Part shown: one piece after another, positions 43,454 through 46,164 of the stretch
How positions within the stretch are numbered: the stretch's first letter is position 1
Layout of the letters: the number at the start of each line of letters is the position of its first letter
Virus record (IMG/VR): IMGVR_UViG_3300048547_000554
Location: 1 to 46,164 of that record
Strand: one strand, 5' to 3'
DNA: 46,164 nucleotides
Source: a virus
Taxonomy: Duplodnaviria > Caudoviricetes
Translations under genes and position numbers: made by a program
Notes under the pieces: model-generated
The model's database searches: none
Seen by the model: the letters and a program-made list of their open reading frames with translations, nothing else
Told to the model about the DNA's origin: nothing

Positions 43454-46164
43454 TTATAATCCTGCTATTTCTCCTGTGTTTTTCAAACGTAGCGGAATGT
43501 AAATAAATTCTACTGCTTTTACTGGTTCTACAGCAATATCTACATACAATTCGTTTCTATCAATTCTTGCTGGTGTGTTGTTTGTTTCATCACAAACTAC
43601 TAAGAAGTCATAAAGAGCTCTAAGTCCTACTAGTTCGATCATTAAACTTTCAACTTGTTGCTTGATTTCGTCACGTGTGATTTTATCGTTTGGTTCAAAC
43701 AAGTATGGTTTAGCAAGCTGATTTAGCTGACTACGTAAGTAAACAGTAAGTCTCGCTACATTTACTCTATCTAAGGCACTTGCAGCTCTAGCACGAGTTT
43801 TTTGTCCAAATACAACTAGTCCTGCACCTGTTAAGAATGTAATTGGGTTAACATTGTTTTGATACAATGTATCTCTTTGACCTTCATTAAGTGCAATACT
43901 TACAAATTCGCCTTCAGCATTGATATATCCTGTTGCTGTTGCATTGTTTACACCGCCACGTCTTGTGCCTGCTGGTGCAAACCAAGGATAAGCAACTTGA
44001 TCATTTAGTGCCATTGTACGTAGCACCATATGACTTGGAGGAACAACTACATTATTACCTGCATTGTCACTTGTAAACCCACTTGGATAGTAAACACCTA
44101 AGTATTCATCACGTGTTACTAAGCCGTCATCGTTATCTTCTGGTGCCAATGCTTGATTAGTTGCCCAGTTATTCAATGAAGTTGCATCTGGTGTTAAACG
44201 CATTGGTGAATCACCTATAACAAATCCTGTCAATCCTCTGTCTGCATTTAAGCTTATCATTTCTCCGATTAATTCAGGATATCCTGGTGTTGCAATTAAG
44301 TTAAAGATACGTGATTCGTCATCTCTAATATCATCGTTACTGTTAATCATTGCTTGCAATGCTTGTACAACAACTTTTCGCTGTGCAATTCTACCAAATG
44401 CACCCGAACCATCTGCATTGTTTGCTGACTCGGTTACCCATCTATGTGGATAATAAGTTGCTTGGCTTGCTTCTCCCATACGCACATTTACACCTGATAC
44501 GTCTACATAATTACGTACAAAACGCTTAACGTTAAATCCGCTCTTACGTGTGTTCCATAATAACATACCTTTTGGATATAGTGCTGGATCTGGACAATCT
44601 GTGTCTACAAAGTTGCTTACAATCAGATCAGCAATTTCACCTTCGGTATGCGTTGTTGCTGTACCACCATTTGTACTCCAACGTGCATCTGCAAATAGTA
44701 CACCATTTTCGGTAGTTTGATCAGTATTGTCTAACAATACCCATTTATTACCTGTTAACGCACTATTGTACACGTATATTTTTGGAAAGTTTTCTAAATC
44801 TGATGTGCTAATCCAAACATCGCCAGTTACTAAGTTATTACCATCTGGACGACTTGAGTTATCTGGTTCTGCTGCACTTACAATTGGTCCTGCTGCACTA
44901 GGTGCATTTGCAGGAGTTGCGTTATACACTGGAGAATCAGCATTTAGATATCCTGCCCATTTTGTACCATCGTGAATCATAATATCAATTTCATCAATTA
45001 CACTACTGTACCATAGTGCTCCATCTGCTGCTAGTGCAGTTGGTGCAGTGCTACTTGCTGTATATGATAGGCCTTTCCATAACGATGCAGTAAGTTTTTC
45101 TGGATTACTACCATCTTCGCCCGGTTGCCAGTATAAGTTAGCAGTGGTTCCTGCTACAAATCCTGCATCAGAAAGCGCATTATCTGTATCTACTAAGTTT
45201 ACTTCTCCACCTAGTCTATGTGTAATAGTAACTCTATTTTGACTATCTACAGTTGCTGAAACATTAACTAAACCTAAGTTGTTTACTGCTTCTGCCATTA
45301 AATCTGCATCTCCAATTGCACCTGTTGCTGTAAACGTTGCTGTTACAGGCGCAGTCATTGTAGCATTGCCTTTTAATGATTCACTTACAGTAAATGTTTT
45401 TGCACCTGAGCCAAATGTAGTTCCGATAATTTTTTCTGATGTAACATTTGTTGCACCAGATGAGGCTCTATAATATACATAATATGATGCTAATTCTGGA
45501 GTATCATTAGCAGCATTATATTTTACATACAATGAATTAGATGCTAAATTTGCACCACCACCTGAATTATCTAGCTTTTGTATAGCTGTTGCATTATCAG
45601 TATAAATTGGTGAAGATGTTAAATCCCAAGTTTCTGTAGAACCATTCCATCTACGTACTTTCCAATTTGCTCCTAAATTTGGTTCTGTAGTTTTAACCCA
45701 CAAGCTTCCTGTTGGTCTAGGATTTGTATCTCCTGACTTGTATTCTGGAACACTTGTATGCGGTGCAATAGTTAATGCAGTGGTATAATATGTAGCTGCT
45801 GTTACGCCTACATCTGCTAATGGAGTACCTGTACCGTCTGCAATTACTATATAGTCTCTTCCACTACCGTCGTTGTAAATTTCTAGTTTGTTATCAACAA
45901 CTGCTGCTGTAATGCCTGTAATACCTGCACCGGTAATATCAGATGCCAAAGATGTAAGTGTTGTACCTGAGGTTGTAATAGTAACAGGTACTCCACTTAT
46001 ATCAATAGTAAGTGTTTCACCTGTGCCAGTTGTGCCCCCGGCTGTACTTGTAACTGATGGCCAACTTTTCTTCCAAGCTGCACTACCTACTTCTACCCAC
46101 GCTCCGCTTTTATTTTTGTAATATGTTTTTAATGTTGTGCTTGTAGCTCTAACCGCATAATCAC
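43454..46164 (-). CDS. Tail sheath protein (gp18-like), 5' end beyond the right edge
   Basis: PWFAPAGTRRG, FGQKT, LDRVNVARL, FEPND, CDETNNTP, PVKAVEFIYI; frame stays open upstream of 45949 to the edge. Confidence 0.93.
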   Translation of the reverse strand, partial: DYAVRATSTTLKTYYKNKSGAWVEVGSAAWKKSWPSVTSTAGGTTGTGETLTIDISGVPVTITTSGTTLTSLASDITGAGITGITAAVVDNKLEIYNDGSGRDYIVIADGTGTPLADVGVTAATYYTTALTIAPHTSVPEYKSGDTNPRPTGSLWVKTTEPNLGANWKVRRWNGSTETWDLTSSPIYTDNATAIQKLDNSGGGANLASNSLYVKYNAANDTPELASYYVYYRASSGATNVTSEKIIGTTFGSGAKTFTVSESLKGNATMTAPVTATFTATGAIGDADLMAEAVNNLGLVNVSATVDSQNRVTITHRLGGEVNLVDTDNALSDAGFVAGTTANLYWQPGEDGSNPEKLTASLWKGLSYTASSTAPTALAADGALWYSSVIDEIDIMIHDGTKWAGYLNADSPVYNATPANAPSAAGPIVSAAEPDNSSRPDGNNLVTGDVWISTSDLENFPKIYVYNSALTGNKWVLLDNTDQTTENGVLFADARWSTNGGTATTHTEGEIADLIVSNFVDTDCPDPALYPKGMLLWNTRKSGFNVKRFVRNYVDVSGVNVRMGEASQATYYPHRWVTESANNADGSGAFGRIAQRKVVVQALQAMINSNDDIRDDESRIFNLIATPGYPELIGEMISLNADRGLTGFVIGDSPMRLTPDATSLNNWATNQALAPEDNDDGLVTRDEYLGVYYPSGFTSDNAGNNVVVPPSHMVLRTMALNDQVAYPWFAPAGTRRGGVNNATATGYINAEGEFVSIALNEGQRDTLYQNNVNPITFLTGAGLVVFGQKTRARAASALDRVNVARLTVYLRSQLNQLAKPYLFEPNDKITRDEIKQQVESLMIELVGLRALYDFLVVCDETNNTPARIDRNELYVDIAVEPVKAVEFIYIPLRLKNTGEIAGL

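Noticed and set aside
1-46164. Stop-codon reassignment
   Set aside because: Core genes are full length under the standard code and tile densely; TAA, TAG and TGA all end genes

Overview
Fragment of a large, AT-rich T4-like myophage genome, probably aquatic. Nearly all genes are on the minus strand, and no tRNA, CRISPR array or mobile element was seen. From left to right: (1) Replication: a PHP-less DnaE-family polymerase that runs off the left edge and is missing from the ORF track, a DnaB/gp41 helicase, a NodU/CmcH carbamoyltransferase and a primase. (2) A cassette of four tail-fibre/adhesin genes. (3) A 186-aa miniature DnaE catalytic module and a probable clamp-loader subunit. (4) A sugar-biosynthesis region of about 14 kb, split by UvsW, with kdsA, kdsB, three KpsC/KpsS-like transferase domains, other glycosyltransferases, two nucleotidyltransferases, two methyltransferases and cupins. 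(5) UvsY, UvsX and gp32. (6) A morphogenesis block with large and small terminase, LysM and peptidoglycan-binding proteins, gp4, tail tube and a long tail sheath that runs off the right edge. The best candidates for undescribed biology are a phage-encoded CMP-Kdo glycosylation pathway and two unconventional family-C polymerases in one genome. Apparently leaderless promoters and a 5' leader motif shared by two replication genes are also worth checking. All family calls come from motif recognition by eye, with no database search.
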